From Candidatus Poribacteria bacterium (GTDB lineage: Bacteria > Poribacteria > WGA-4E > PCPOR2b), in assembly GCA_965215015.1 (NCBI GenBank), contig OZ244042.1:864001-928000 (forward strand): a DNA stretch of 64,000 nt, given 5' to 3'. The first letter of the stretch is position 1, and every line of letters starts with the position of its first letter. Below are positions 18,700-28,727 of the stretch, piece by piece. The translations under genes were made by a program, and so were the position numbers. The notes beneath the pieces are model-generated. The model was not told the DNA's origin, made no database searches, and worked only from the letters and a program-made list of their open reading frames with translations.

Positions 18700-21285
18700 T
18701 TAAACGGTTCTATCCGTCCGTCTGTCTCTCATCAAATCGATTCGGCGTAATGCAATGTCAGCTAAGAGTAGAAACGCAGCGATGATGAGTAGTGGTCGCC
18801 AGAGATGGATGCGGCGTACAACCGGCTGTTCGGGTGCGCGAAACGCATCTTGTGACGAGGGAGCAAACTTCCCGCCGGAGGCAGACGCAAGCTGCTTCAG
18901 GAGGGTTTCGTTGGCGCGATGAACAAGATATTCTTCAGGATAGGAAACAACGGTGCCGGTGATCTGTGTATTGACCGATTTGCCGTGCTGTTTCTGCATA
19001 ATGTTGACAAAATAGGCACCCATCTCGTCAACAGCAAAATCGATCTCATACCTGCCCGGTGCCATCTGTGTGATGTCGAGTTGTCTCTTTTTTAGATTCG
19101 GTGGAATCAGGGAGATATCGCTTTCGAGGTTGTTCAGAAAATCCCCAGCCTCGTTCAGGGCATCAATGGTGAGATGTGCAGTTCCCTTCTCCTGTTCAAT
19201 TTGCGCTTGAAAGTTGCTGACCGTTGATTTGCGCATCGTGTCGCGCACCAGCTGCGTCCAAAACTTGCCAAACCCTGCCCATTCCAACCAATCCGCCGCC
19301 CACCGCGCCTTGGCATCCGAAGTAAAGGCGACAGATTTACCCAAGCCGTACTGCCAGCTTGCAAGCAACGGGTCGCCACGATCCGAGACAAGGAAGATTT
19401 CAGCGGTAGGCTTGGGTTGGGTCGAAATATAGCCAAGCAGAAATGGTGCCAGTTCGAGATCAATTCCCTGCAAGACCTGTGTAAGTTTGATAATCTGCGG
19501 GATAAACGGCTCATCAATGATAGCAGATTTGGAGGCAGTGACAGTTTCTTTAGCAAAGATTTGTGGGATGTTATAAGGGTCCTGCGTGAAGTATGCACGA
19601 CCCCCACCCCAATTGGCGATGTTAGATAGCAGACTCATGTCAGCACCGCTGCCAATGCCAACGGCAGAGACGGTTATCCGCTCGACACGCATCGAATTCA
19701 CGATGCCGTACCAATCACCTGGATTTGATTGGCCGTCGCTCAGAACAATGACATGTTTGAGCTTCGCAGTGGTCTCGGTCAAGGCGAGATATGCCTGCTG
19801 GAGTGCAGGATAAAGATTCGTACCACCAGTTGCCCTGAGCGATCCAACCTGATCGGAGATGTAGAGTTTGTCAGAAGCGGTGCGTATTTCCGTAATCCAG
19901 TGTGGTGAACCGTCAAAGGCGATGACGCCAATTTTATCGCGTCTGCCGAGTAGCTCGACCGTTGCACGTGCTGCTTCTTTCGCCAGTTCAATTTTTATTC
20001 CTTCCATACTTCCCGATTTGTCAATTACCAGCACTATCGCAATGCTCGGCGTTTCCTTCTTTTTCTCTGTATCGGTACGGACCGGCAAAATCTCCTCAAT
20101 CGGAGTTTTATAGTAGCCCCCGAGTCCAAAGCTGTTTTCACTCCCCAGCATCATGAATCCGCCTCCGAGGTCCTGGACATAGGTGCGAATCAGTTCCATC
20201 TGCTTCTGATTCAGGCGATTGGCAGGGACATCGCTAAAGATAACCAAATCGTAGTTCTGTAGGTCGGATAATTCGCTGGGGACGCCCAAGCCGTTTCGAA
20301 CATTCACCTGAATCTCCGCGTCCTCAAGGACACGCGCTAGATAGCGGGCTTGTGATTCATTCTCGTCGATCAGGAGCACCTTTGGCTTGCCAGAAGCGAC
20401 AACAATGCCGAGGGCGTGGTTATTGTCGTAACGGGTGTCTTGGGTTGCTGCACAAATCGCATCGTAGGTCAGCATGCCGCTCTCAGTCGCAATTTGCGAG
20501 AAACGAATCCGATTTTCACCTACCTCTAGCCGGACCTTCTGCTTTGCCACCTCAAACTTGTTTTTGTGCAGTCGTACCTCCGCAAAATCCTCGCGATTGC
20601 TGTGGACAAATACCTCCAAATGAAACGGTTCTCCCTGCTTGACCTGCATCGGTGCATCAATGCGCTCAATCATGACTTCGGGGGCCTCGCTAGGGAAGAT
20701 TGGCACGGTGTCGATCTGTACCCCAAAGGCTTTCCCCCGCAATCCGGCGCGCAGCGCATCACCGCGTGTCTCAATGCCATCGCTGATAAGAACAATGCGT
20801 TTGTTAGCATCTGCGGGAAAAATACCCCATGCCATCTCAATTGCTTGAGTGATGTTTGTGGCAGCCCCTGCTTTTTTGTCTTCATCGAGCCAATCTCCTT
20901 TGATTTCAGCGAGATCTAACGCTTCATTGGATCTCGACTGAAGATCCCAAATCACCTGTGTCTCCTCTGTGAAAGCCATCAGACCGACTTGCTGGGCACT
21001 TCGGCTATCCATCGCTTCGTCAATATAACTCCGTGCACCCCTTAATCCCTCCTCTGAGATACTATCTGAAATATCCACAAGAAAAATCACCGCCAATTTT
21101 CCATGAGACGCTAGATACTGAACGCCGGCAAGGCTGCAGATAAGCAGAACAACAATGAGTACCCGAAGAATCAAGCTGACGATGCGTTGCGGCAGTGATA
21201 GATCGACAAGGCTTCGGCGATGACTATAATAAAGGAAAGGTATCAGCAAAAGCAGTAAAAATGTGAAGGGACGGGCAATTTCCAT
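18700..21285 (-). CDS. membrane protein with two VWA domains and a glutamine-amidotransferase-like domain
   Basis: MIDAS motifs DISDS and DKSGS; VLISDG, VLSDG; GGGFMMLG..SFGLGGY; WQYGLG. Confidence 0.88.
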   Translation of the reverse strand: MEIARPFTFLLLLLIPFLYYSHRRSLVDLSLPQRIVSLILRVLIVVLLICSLAGVQYLASHGKLAVIFLVDISDSISEEGLRGARSYIDEAMDSRSAQQVGLMAFTEETQVIWDLQSRSNEALDLAEIKGDWLDEDKKAGAATNITQAIEMAWGIFPADANKRIVLISDGIETRGDALRAGLRGKAFGVQIDTVPIFPSEAPEVMIERIDAPMQVKQGEPFHLEVFVHSNREDFAEVRLHKNKFEVAKQKVRLEVGENRIRFSQIATESGMLTYDAICAATQDTRYDNNHALGIVVASGKPKVLLIDENESQARYLARVLEDAEIQVNVRNGLGVPSELSDLQNYDLVIFSDVPANRLNQKQMELIRTYVQDLGGGFMMLGSENSFGLGGYYKTPIEEILPVRTDTEKKKETPSIAIVLVIDKSGSMEGIKIELAKEAARATVELLGRRDKIGVIAFDGSPHWITEIRTASDKLYISDQVGSLRATGGTNLYPALQQAYLALTETTAKLKHVIVLSDGQSNPGDWYGIVNSMRVERITVSAVGIGSGADMSLLSNIANWGGGRAYFTQDPYNIPQIFAKETVTASKSAIIDEPFIPQIIKLTQVLQGIDLELAPFLLGYISTQPKPTAEIFLVSDRGDPLLASWQYGLGKSVAFTSDAKARWAADWLEWAGFGKFWTQLVRDTMRKSTVSNFQAQIEQEKGTAHLTIDALNEAGDFLNNLESDISLIPPNLKKRQLDITQMAPGRYEIDFAVDEMGAYFVNIMQKQHGKSVNTQITGTVVSYPEEYLVHRANETLLKQLASASGGKFAPSSQDAFRAPEQPVVRRIHLWRPLLIIAAFLLLADIALRRIDLMRDRRTDRTV

Positions 21286-21286
21286 A

Positions 21287-23161
21287 TTAGTCAATTCGCC
21301 TCCGCTGATATAGAAACCATTCGACAGCACTTAACAAAACAGCGAGCAAAACTAGATAAATCCATGGCGGATAATGCAGGAGCGCAGAACCGCCTAATAC
21401 AACCTCTTCCTCCCCCAACAGATCTACCACTCCTTCAACCGTGTCGATTTGCGATTCCGCCGCATCGGTCAAATTGACTGCCCAGACCTCCTCGCGCTCC
21501 CCGATTTCTAGTCCATAAAACCCTGCCACCGAGGTCTTATCAAAGAGTAGTTCATCCTCGTCAACAGGAATCTCCCACGACTCGCCTGTCGGTCCCACGA
21601 TTGTTACGTTTTCAGTTGCGGCGGCTTCATCGATCCGCTTTTTTAGAACCTCTCCTGTCTGGAGGTGATACTCTTCAATCTCCGATTTTCCCTGAAACCA
21701 CTGAATCGTATTCGCAACGATCAGCGGAAAAGCGATGTGCAAGGGCAGGTCAGATTTTAGGGTGTCAATAGCAATAAAAACAATCCTTCGATTTGGATTT
21801 TCTTCGACAATCAGCAGTGGATCTTCAAATGAACGGACAAGCACATCCGTCGTCGCCGGGCCTTTAACCTGATACGCTTCGGTTATCTGGACATTATCTA
21901 GATGGACGTGGCGTAGAATGGGGTGGTCCCGTTCCCACTCTGTAATGATCGGGGTTTCTAGCGATTCGCCGATTTGCCAAATCGCTCCCGCTTTGGGAGG
22001 ATAGATGAACATATAGTTGCCATCGCCGAGCGTCGGCGGATTATAGCGGTCAAAAATAGTAACGTCATACCCCGCCATACTGGGGTCGTACTGGTCTGGG
22101 GCAACGACGGTCAGATCCAATTTTTCATCAACAGTGAGCGCATTTTTGAGAAATGGGTTGTTGGGGGTGACAAGTAAGACAGGGATTTGCTCACGCTTTG
22201 GCAGCGCAGCGTATGCGATGTTGTCGGTAGCCAGTGCATCCTCCACATCTAAGGCGGCTTTTAGCCTGCCGCCCTCCATTGTAAAATTGGTAAAGAGTTC
22301 GGATTTGCTTTCGCCGGGCGCGAGGGTGTAAGGACGGACATCAAGCAGCGCGTCGTTGAGATAAAGTTCGACGTTGAAGGACCTCTCCTCAACTGAAGCA
22401 TTGATAACCGTCAACAAGGTCTGGTAATCAAACGCATTGACCAAACTTTTTCGCACCCGAAACTGTGTGATTCCGACGTTCCCTTCCACGCCGAGATTAA
22501 CTGGTAACAGATGCACCTTCGTATCCGAAGATTGGAGCTGAGAATTCCCCCACTGTGCGAGGAGCGTATCAGGCACCCGATGAAAATCACTGAAAATGAC
22601 AATTTCCGGGTTGGGCTTGGTCTGCCCCACAGCATAGGCCACCACCAACGCTGGCTGGAGGTCTGTTTTCACATCTGTAGGGACAATCGATTCAATCGCG
22701 TGGCGTAGTGATTTCTGATGATTGGTGAACGGGCTATGAATTGTGGGTTGGGTGTGGCAGCTGACCACCATCATCTCGTCGATAAAGCGGAGATTATCCA
22801 CCATGTGCAGTGCACCCCGCTTGGCTGATTCCAAACGTGAGAGCGTGCCATCAACCGCATTCATGCTCGCTGAATGATCAATAATCAGAATAATCTGCCG
22901 TGCCGATTTAGCCATGAAGGCAAACTGTGGTCGGGCAAGTGCAAGGACTAAAAGCGTAAGGAATAGCAGCTGCAGCAGCAGGGATAACAGATGCTTCAAT
23001 CTTTGAAACAGGGAGGTCGTCTGCTTCTCTCTGAAGATCTGTTCCCAAAACATTAGAGTGGACACCGGCTCGCGGCGACGTCGTAATCTGAGGATATAGA
23101 GCATCACAATTGGTGCCGCGAGGCCAAATAGCAAGAATGCGCTTGGCGATAGGAAGTTCAT
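21287..23161 (-). CDS. BatA N-terminal and VWA domain protein
   Basis: MNF..P...LYIL..RR...VSTLMFW...LALARP; DHSASM; C-terminal TM with EW. Confidence 0.88.
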   Translation of the reverse strand: MNFLSPSAFLLFGLAAPIVMLYILRLRRRREPVSTLMFWEQIFREKQTTSLFQRLKHLLSLLLQLLFLTLLVLALARPQFAFMAKSARQIILIIDHSASMNAVDGTLSRLESAKRGALHMVDNLRFIDEMMVVSCHTQPTIHSPFTNHQKSLRHAIESIVPTDVKTDLQPALVVAYAVGQTKPNPEIVIFSDFHRVPDTLLAQWGNSQLQSSDTKVHLLPVNLGVEGNVGITQFRVRKSLVNAFDYQTLLTVINASVEERSFNVELYLNDALLDVRPYTLAPGESKSELFTNFTMEGGRLKAALDVEDALATDNIAYAALPKREQIPVLLVTPNNPFLKNALTVDEKLDLTVVAPDQYDPSMAGYDVTIFDRYNPPTLGDGNYMFIYPPKAGAIWQIGESLETPIITEWERDHPILRHVHLDNVQITEAYQVKGPATTDVLVRSFEDPLLIVEENPNRRIVFIAIDTLKSDLPLHIAFPLIVANTIQWFQGKSEIEEYHLQTGEVLKKRIDEAAATENVTIVGPTGESWEIPVDEDELLFDKTSVAGFYGLEIGEREEVWAVNLTDAAESQIDTVEGVVDLLGEEEVVLGGSALLHYPPWIYLVLLAVLLSAVEWFLYQRRRID

Positions 23162-23170
23162 GGCGTTCTG

Positions 23171-24058
23171 TCACGATACAAATCCACCCATCCTAAAGAT
23201 GTGCAGGATCAGTTCATCAAAAGGCAATTGAGTACTTGTCTGAATGAAACTGATTTCGCGCTGAACGCAGTATCGCCTGAGATCATCGCAATACTGCTGG
23301 AACAACGCCTTATAGCGTTTGAGATGGCTTTCATTGATTGTCACCGGGCGGAGGTGCTCCGTCTCGACATCAACGAGATGGTAATCGCCCCGTAAATTTG
23401 GATCGGCTTCTCCTTCATCAATGATGTGCACTACAAACAGGTCATGTTTCTGAAACTGCAATACGTTGAGCCCGTCCGCAAATCCGCGCGGATCAAAGAG
23501 ATCGGAAATCAACACAATTAATCCGCGTCGTTTCGTTGTATGCACAAAGTTACGGAAGGCGTTTTCTAGATAGGTCTCGCCGGCCCCATCAATCCGATCC
23601 AGAAAATCAAGCACCGTGAAGATTTTTCCCTTCCCACGCTCAGTCGGCAACCGATTCAAATCTCGATCTGTGAAAGTGGTGATGCTGACACGGTCTAAGT
23701 TGGACAGACTGATATAAGCAAGTGCCGCAGCCACGCGCTTGGCGTAGAGTAATTTCTGCGGATCACCGCAAGCCATCGATTGACTTGCATCAACGAGAAA
23801 GTAGATGTGCAGGTCTTCCCGCTCCTCATAAAGTTTCAGCAGGAGTTCGTCTAAGCGGGCGAAAGCATTCCAGTCAATATAGCGGAAATCGTCCCCGGCG
23901 GTGTAGTTACGGTAATCGGCGAACTCTACGCTGACGCCGCGCCGAGTGCTGCGGCGCTCTGCCTTGATTCGTCCCGAAAAGATTTTCTTGGAAACGATGT
24001 AAAGGTATTCCAGCTTTTTTAGGAATTCGCTGTCGAAGACGGATTGGGTGCTGTTCAT
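23171..24058 (-). CDS. DUF58 domain protein
   Basis: G.SVEFADYR.Y..GDD.RYIDW, D.S.SM, LISD. Confidence 0.92.
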   Translation of the reverse strand: MNSTQSVFDSEFLKKLEYLYIVSKKIFSGRIKAERRSTRRGVSVEFADYRNYTAGDDFRYIDWNAFARLDELLLKLYEEREDLHIYFLVDASQSMACGDPQKLLYAKRVAAALAYISLSNLDRVSITTFTDRDLNRLPTERGKGKIFTVLDFLDRIDGAGETYLENAFRNFVHTTKRRGLIVLISDLFDPRGFADGLNVLQFQKHDLFVVHIIDEGEADPNLRGDYHLVDVETEHLRPVTINESHLKRYKALFQQYCDDLRRYCVQREISFIQTSTQLPFDELILHIFRMGGFVS

Positions 24059-24134
24059 AGTAGGTTGATATGGTTATGGCGTGCATATCGACGTACGTAG
24101 AAGTCGGCGAGCTGCACACCGGTACCGATTCTCG

Positions 24135-24583
24135 TTAATTTGAATGGTGCCCGGTTCGACGCCTAGCGATAAAACCGAAGGCAAACGCACGACAGAAAAG
24201 TAGCAGCCAAAGCAGAAAGCCTGATTTCTTTTGCAATAAGCCGATCAACTCTATTTCGGCCATTTTCAGCGGTACGTAGTGGTCGCCACCGGCAACAACT
24301 GTGAGCCGTTTGTCAGTGCGATCGCCATATCCATTTCTATGAACACTAAGCACATAGCGGCCAGGAGCCAACCTGATTACTTCGTATTCACCGTTGCTAT
24401 CGATCTCCACTTCAGCTTCAACACCGTCAGTGCTAACGATCGGCCCCCTTCGATTGGGAGTTGCGTCGTTGGGGTGTCAATAACATGTCCCTGTACGCTC
24501 CCCGTTGTTGTCTCCTGAGCAAACGCATTCACGGGAATGACCCATAGACTGCATAAGGTTAGAATAAGACTGAACCGTTTCAT
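24135..24583 (-). pseudogene. frameshifted secreted protein with carboxypeptidase-regulatory-like domain
   Basis: Signal peptide and GSVQGHVID..PIEG in one frame; DSNGEY....APGRY.L.V...GY in another. Confidence 0.7.
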
Positions 24584-24612
24584 ATTTTTCTCTTCCAATT
24601 GATGATGTATCC

Positions 24613-24782
24613 CTACTGAACAACTTCTAGCGGATGCCAAACAATCTGATCCGGGGTGATTCGTTCCATCTTACTTTTAAATGCCGTTTGACTATCGGTT
24701 TCAGGATTAAACATGAGCATCCCTCTATTTCGGTCATGTACCGTTTGACGAGTGCACTCGCATCTAACCAGAAGTAATTCAC
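24613..24782 (-). pseudogene. internally deleted PIN-domain (VapC-like) toxin
   Basis: GAGGAG RBS, GTG 24782 gives MNYFWLDASALVKRYMTE; jumps out of frame to a PIN-like C-terminus EGMLMFNPE. Confidence 0.7.
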
Positions 24783-24787
24783 GGTGA

Positions 24788-25100
24788 TTACTCCTCACAT
24801 ATCTTAATAACGCCTCGACTAAATGAGTTTTCCTCTGGCTTTACGTCTTCAGCTGCAAGCTTTCCTGAAGCTTCTTTGCACCGATGGGTTCGCCCGTAAT
24901 CCCCATCTTCTCGAAAGCTTTGTCAATGAGAAGCGTCAATTTCTCATTCTTTGACCGCACACGCTCTAGCCGAGCGGCCGCTCGTTCCTCTGGTGTCAGC
25001 ACCTTTGTTGGACGAAATTCTTCTAACCTTTGTCTCCCTCCGTCAACTCCCGTTCAATCCGTTCAGTTTTTATTACTAATTCCTATGATTGCTGTCATGA
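24788..25100 (-). pseudogene. degraded putative antitoxin upstream of the PIN remnant
   Basis: Broken frame ...DKAFEKMGITGEPIGAKKLQE / VKPEENSFSRGVIKICEE*, ending just before the PIN start. Confidence 0.45.
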
Positions 25101-25201
25101 TTGTTATTCGCTTATTTCTTAAGATTCGTAAACACTTAGCTAATGTCAAGAAATGAGCAAAGTCATTCTTTACACGATTTTTTAATCTGAGCTCCTCGTT
25201 T

Positions 25202-26200
25202 TTACTCAAAGTTCACCAGCAGCTGCGAATCATAGTCACTGCTCTGTTCTTGAAGAATAATATCAGGGGTTGATGAAGATTGAACATCGTCGGAAAGTAT
25301 AACTGAAAAAATTTTATCCAACGCTTCTTGTATATCACCTTCAAAAGGTTGACAAGGAATTGATAACGCCGTTAAGACTTGCTCAAACCGCTTGTAACCG
25401 TTTTCATCTCGTAGCTCGACCCAATGGATGTCTGAATCGTCGAGTTGCTCTTTATTCAGATTGGAGAGCTTATCCGCAATAAACACTTTGCTATAACGAG
25501 CATATGCCGCATCCGCACCTTCCGGATTCCCCTTCCCCATCAACTTCACTTCGCAACGGTGTTTCAATTCAGCGTTATCGACCAGATAGAAGTCCGCTTC
25601 ACGCTCCACTTCACTTGTTGCAACAGAGGGAACAGATTGATTAAAATACTTTAGTGGAACACGAAATAGGGCACAAAGTGTTACCATTAATGGTTTCTCA
25701 ACCTGCTTTCCTACCGTACTCCATAATCCACCGCGTAGCGCGGCGCGTTTGACAGCAAGTGTATTAATAACGATTAAACTTTCGTTAATATTGAGATCTA
25801 CACTGACCGTCCGAAACTTTATCGTCAAAGCGATATCAACATCACTTTGTTCTGTCAAATCTTGAATCGCATTAAGCAATACATCGTAATGATCTATAGA
25901 CGCTTCAAGTACAATCTCTTTCCGTGAGGAGTTATACATATTCGAGATCGTTTTCATGTTCAATCCTGAATGTACAGCAATATCCGATGGGCGAAGTTCC
26001 GGATTAAGGAACTCCTCTTTGTACCAATCAATTGTCACAGATCTATTTTTCAACTTTGCATCAACAATGCGACTAAAAAATTCGATGACATATTGCAAAA
26101 ATTCAGCATCAATAAGCGCAACAACCTCAGCACGATAATCCTCACCCGCCAACAGTTTACGTATAATATTTTTTATAACAATACCGGTAACAGTCATCAT
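25202..26200 (-). CDS. type II restriction endonuclease, CfrBI-like
   Basis: RGGLWSTVGKQVEKPL, READF...CEVKLMGKGNPE (D...ExK core); overlaps the MTase stop. Confidence 0.78.
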   Translation of the reverse strand: MMTVTGIVIKNIIRKLLAGEDYRAEVVALIDAEFLQYVIEFFSRIVDAKLKNRSVTIDWYKEEFLNPELRPSDIAVHSGLNMKTISNMYNSSRKEIVLEASIDHYDVLLNAIQDLTEQSDVDIALTIKFRTVSVDLNINESLIVINTLAVKRAALRGGLWSTVGKQVEKPLMVTLCALFRVPLKYFNQSVPSVATSEVEREADFYLVDNAELKHRCEVKLMGKGNPEGADAAYARYSKVFIADKLSNLNKEQLDDSDIHWVELRDENGYKRFEQVLTALSIPCQPFEGDIQEALDKIFSVILSDDVQSSSTPDIILQEQSSDYDSQLLVNFE

Positions 26201-27591
26201 TCTTTTTTTATATTGAGTATTTCTCTAAATTCGGTCAAGTTAAGGCATCTAGGACTGATACTGTTAAACAGTGAGCCATTAACAGTCTGCATCGCCCTCT
26301 GGACATATTTCTCCTCCTGTTCAGCGAGGAGAAAAAAACGTTCTAACATTAAGGCTGCGACACCTACCGTTCCGATGCCCCCGAATGGGTCAAACACTAT
26401 ATCTCCTTTAAAAGAATAAAACTGAATAATCCGTGTTGCCAAATCGGTTGGGAAGATAGCTGGGTGGACTTTGTCGCTTGCCGGATGGAGGTGCCACACG
26501 TTCGTTTTTTCATAGTTTCCTTTGATCAAGCTTGCCTCAACCACCTCTTCGTCGTATTGACGCATATTCCAATCAATTAGCTTATCCGTTTTCTTGCGGT
26601 AGACCATCACATATTCTGAGACAGAGTTTGCCTTGTATCCGAGCGGTTTACGATGCTGGAAAAACCCACCGTTCCGGTTTTTGGCACATCGCTCTGGCTT
26701 GACCCAGATAATATCGTCAATGAACTCCCAACCTATCTGCGTCAACATCGGATGGATATCGAAAGGGATAGCATACCGTTTGCTGGCATGTGCGCGGCTC
26801 ATACGCGGAATGATAACCGGGGAGGTATTGAGGACAAAAAAGCGTCCTTCCTTTGTAATACGATGTACTTCTCTAAAAATATCAGCAAGGAATTGTAGAT
26901 ACGCCGCGTAGCTTTCGTAGAGTGTATAGTCGCGGGCATTGTAGTATGGCGGCGAAGTGAAGGTCAGGTGGATGGATTCATCAGCCACGGTGCCCAATAC
27001 GTCTCTCACATCGGCATGAACGATGACGTTTTTGAGAGCGTCTAAACTTGGGGACTGTGCGAGTCGCTTCTCCTGTTTGGATTCAGTTTTCGAGGTCAGT
27101 TCCCGGCTCACGACATCCTGAATCAGCTCATTCGGATGGTTTGCCAAGGCCGTGAACGCAGATTGAACCTCAGGGAGCATCTTAAAATTGATGAGTCCAC
27201 GGATCGCTTGCAAGATAACTTTTGGGTCAGCATCTTTTAGAAATCGGATAAGAATCGGGATTGATTTGGGTGTCCGCATCCGCCCAATCGTCGAGACCGC
27301 TTCACGACGGGCGGCAGTATTGGCTTCACCATCCGCAAATTTGGAGATAGCATCAAGCAACGCTGCATCCTTTAATTTACCGAGATTCTTAACAACAAGC
27401 AGGCGAATATTCGGGTGCGTATGTTTTAGCAGGTTTAAGAGGGGTTCCCGATCAAAATCTGATGGCAACCTCCCAAGGTTTTCGAGAACAAACCGGAGAG
27501 TCTGGTCGCTATTTGTTGGTGCAAGGATTTTTATAAAAAATTGGGAATCCCTCGCTAATTTCCGATCTTCGATAAACGCCTTGGTTAGCAT
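26197..27591 (-). CDS. N4/N6 DNA methyltransferase (beta-type order) with N-terminal HEAT repeats
   Basis: TSPPYY, HPAIFP, DPFGGIGT; N-terminal ~165 aa of HEAT-like repeats. Confidence 0.9.
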   Translation of the reverse strand: MLTKAFIEDRKLARDSQFFIKILAPTNSDQTLRFVLENLGRLPSDFDREPLLNLLKHTHPNIRLLVVKNLGKLKDAALLDAISKFADGEANTAARREAVSTIGRMRTPKSIPILIRFLKDADPKVILQAIRGLINFKMLPEVQSAFTALANHPNELIQDVVSRELTSKTESKQEKRLAQSPSLDALKNVIVHADVRDVLGTVADESIHLTFTSPPYYNARDYTLYESYAAYLQFLADIFREVHRITKEGRFFVLNTSPVIIPRMSRAHASKRYAIPFDIHPMLTQIGWEFIDDIIWVKPERCAKNRNGGFFQHRKPLGYKANSVSEYVMVYRKKTDKLIDWNMRQYDEEVVEASLIKGNYEKTNVWHLHPASDKVHPAIFPTDLATRIIQFYSFKGDIVFDPFGGIGTVGVAALMLERFFLLAEQEEKYVQRAMQTVNGSLFNSISPRCLNLTEFREILNIKKE

Positions 27592-27675
27592 TGGATTATC
27601 TCCAACCAATAATAGTTTGTTTAGATAGGTCTTCAGTACCTTAACCTTGTTTTTATTTTCATTGATAATATGTTT

Positions 27676-28722
27676 CTAATCAACAACCTCCAGCAGATGC
27701 CCAATAATCTGATCCGGGGCAACCCCCTCTGCTTCGCCTTCAAAACTGAGGATGAGTCGATGGCGCAGGCTCGGCAGCGCGGCCGCTTGAATATCCGCCC
27801 GTGCGACGTTGTAACGCCCATCCAAAATGGCTTTGACCTTACCTGCAAGGATCAACGCTTGGGCACCGCGGGGGCTTGAACCGTAGCGGACATACTTTTT
27901 CGTGAGCTCCGGTGCGTCCTCCGATTCGGGATGCGTGCTTAACACAATGCGGAGGGCATACCTACGCACATCCTCTGCGATGAGAATATCACGCACAATC
28001 TGCTCTAAGCCGTTGATCTGCTCGCCATCGCAAACCTTCTCGACGAGAGGCATCTCCCGCTTCGTCGTACGCTCCATAACGAGGTCAAGTTCATCAAGGC
28101 TCGGATACTCGACCTTCAGCTTGAAGAAGAACCTGTCTAGTTGGGCTTCGGGGAGTGGATAGGTTCCCTCCATCTCTAGCGGATTTTGCGTTGCCATGAC
28201 GAAAAACGGTCGCTTTAATTCGTGAGGTGTGCCTGCGACCGTCACGGATTTTTCCTGCATCGCTTCGAGCAGTGCCGACTGTGTTTTGGGTGTCGCGCGG
28301 TTGATCTCGTCGGCGAGAATCAGATTGGCAAACACAGGTCCCCGCTGAAATTCAAAGAACTTGCGTCCACCTTCATCTTCGGCGACAACGTTGGTGCCGA
28401 TGATGTCCGCGGGCATCAGATCTGGTGTAAATTGTATTCGGGAGAACCCCAGATCGAGCACCTCGTGGAGCGTCCGAATCAGCAGCGTTTTCCCTAAACC
28501 GGGAACGCCTTCTAAGAGGGCGTGTCCACCCGTCATCAAACAAATTAGCACACCTTCAATAATTTCCTGCTGTCCAACGATCTGTTTTGAGACCTCGCGC
28601 CGGATGCGATTGAAAGTGTCACGAAATTCCTCGTATTTCTCCTCAAGCTGCTCTGAATCCGTATGAAATTGGGGTTGATCCAGTGACATTTGATTCGTAA
28701 AGCGCATCACGTTACGCTTCAC
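27676..28722 (-). CDS. moxR: MoxR family AAA+ ATPase
   Basis: LEGVPGLGKT, RIQFTPDLMPADI, DEINRA, ATQNP.E.EGTYPLPEAQLDRF. Confidence 0.95.
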   Translation of the reverse strand: MKRNVMRFTNQMSLDQPQFHTDSEQLEEKYEEFRDTFNRIRREVSKQIVGQQEIIEGVLICLMTGGHALLEGVPGLGKTLLIRTLHEVLDLGFSRIQFTPDLMPADIIGTNVVAEDEGGRKFFEFQRGPVFANLILADEINRATPKTQSALLEAMQEKSVTVAGTPHELKRPFFVMATQNPLEMEGTYPLPEAQLDRFFFKLKVEYPSLDELDLVMERTTKREMPLVEKVCDGEQINGLEQIVRDILIAEDVRRYALRIVLSTHPESEDAPELTKKYVRYGSSPRGAQALILAGKVKAILDGRYNVARADIQAAALPSLRHRLILSFEGEAEGVAPDQIIGHLLEVVD

Positions 28723-28727
28723 GCCTC

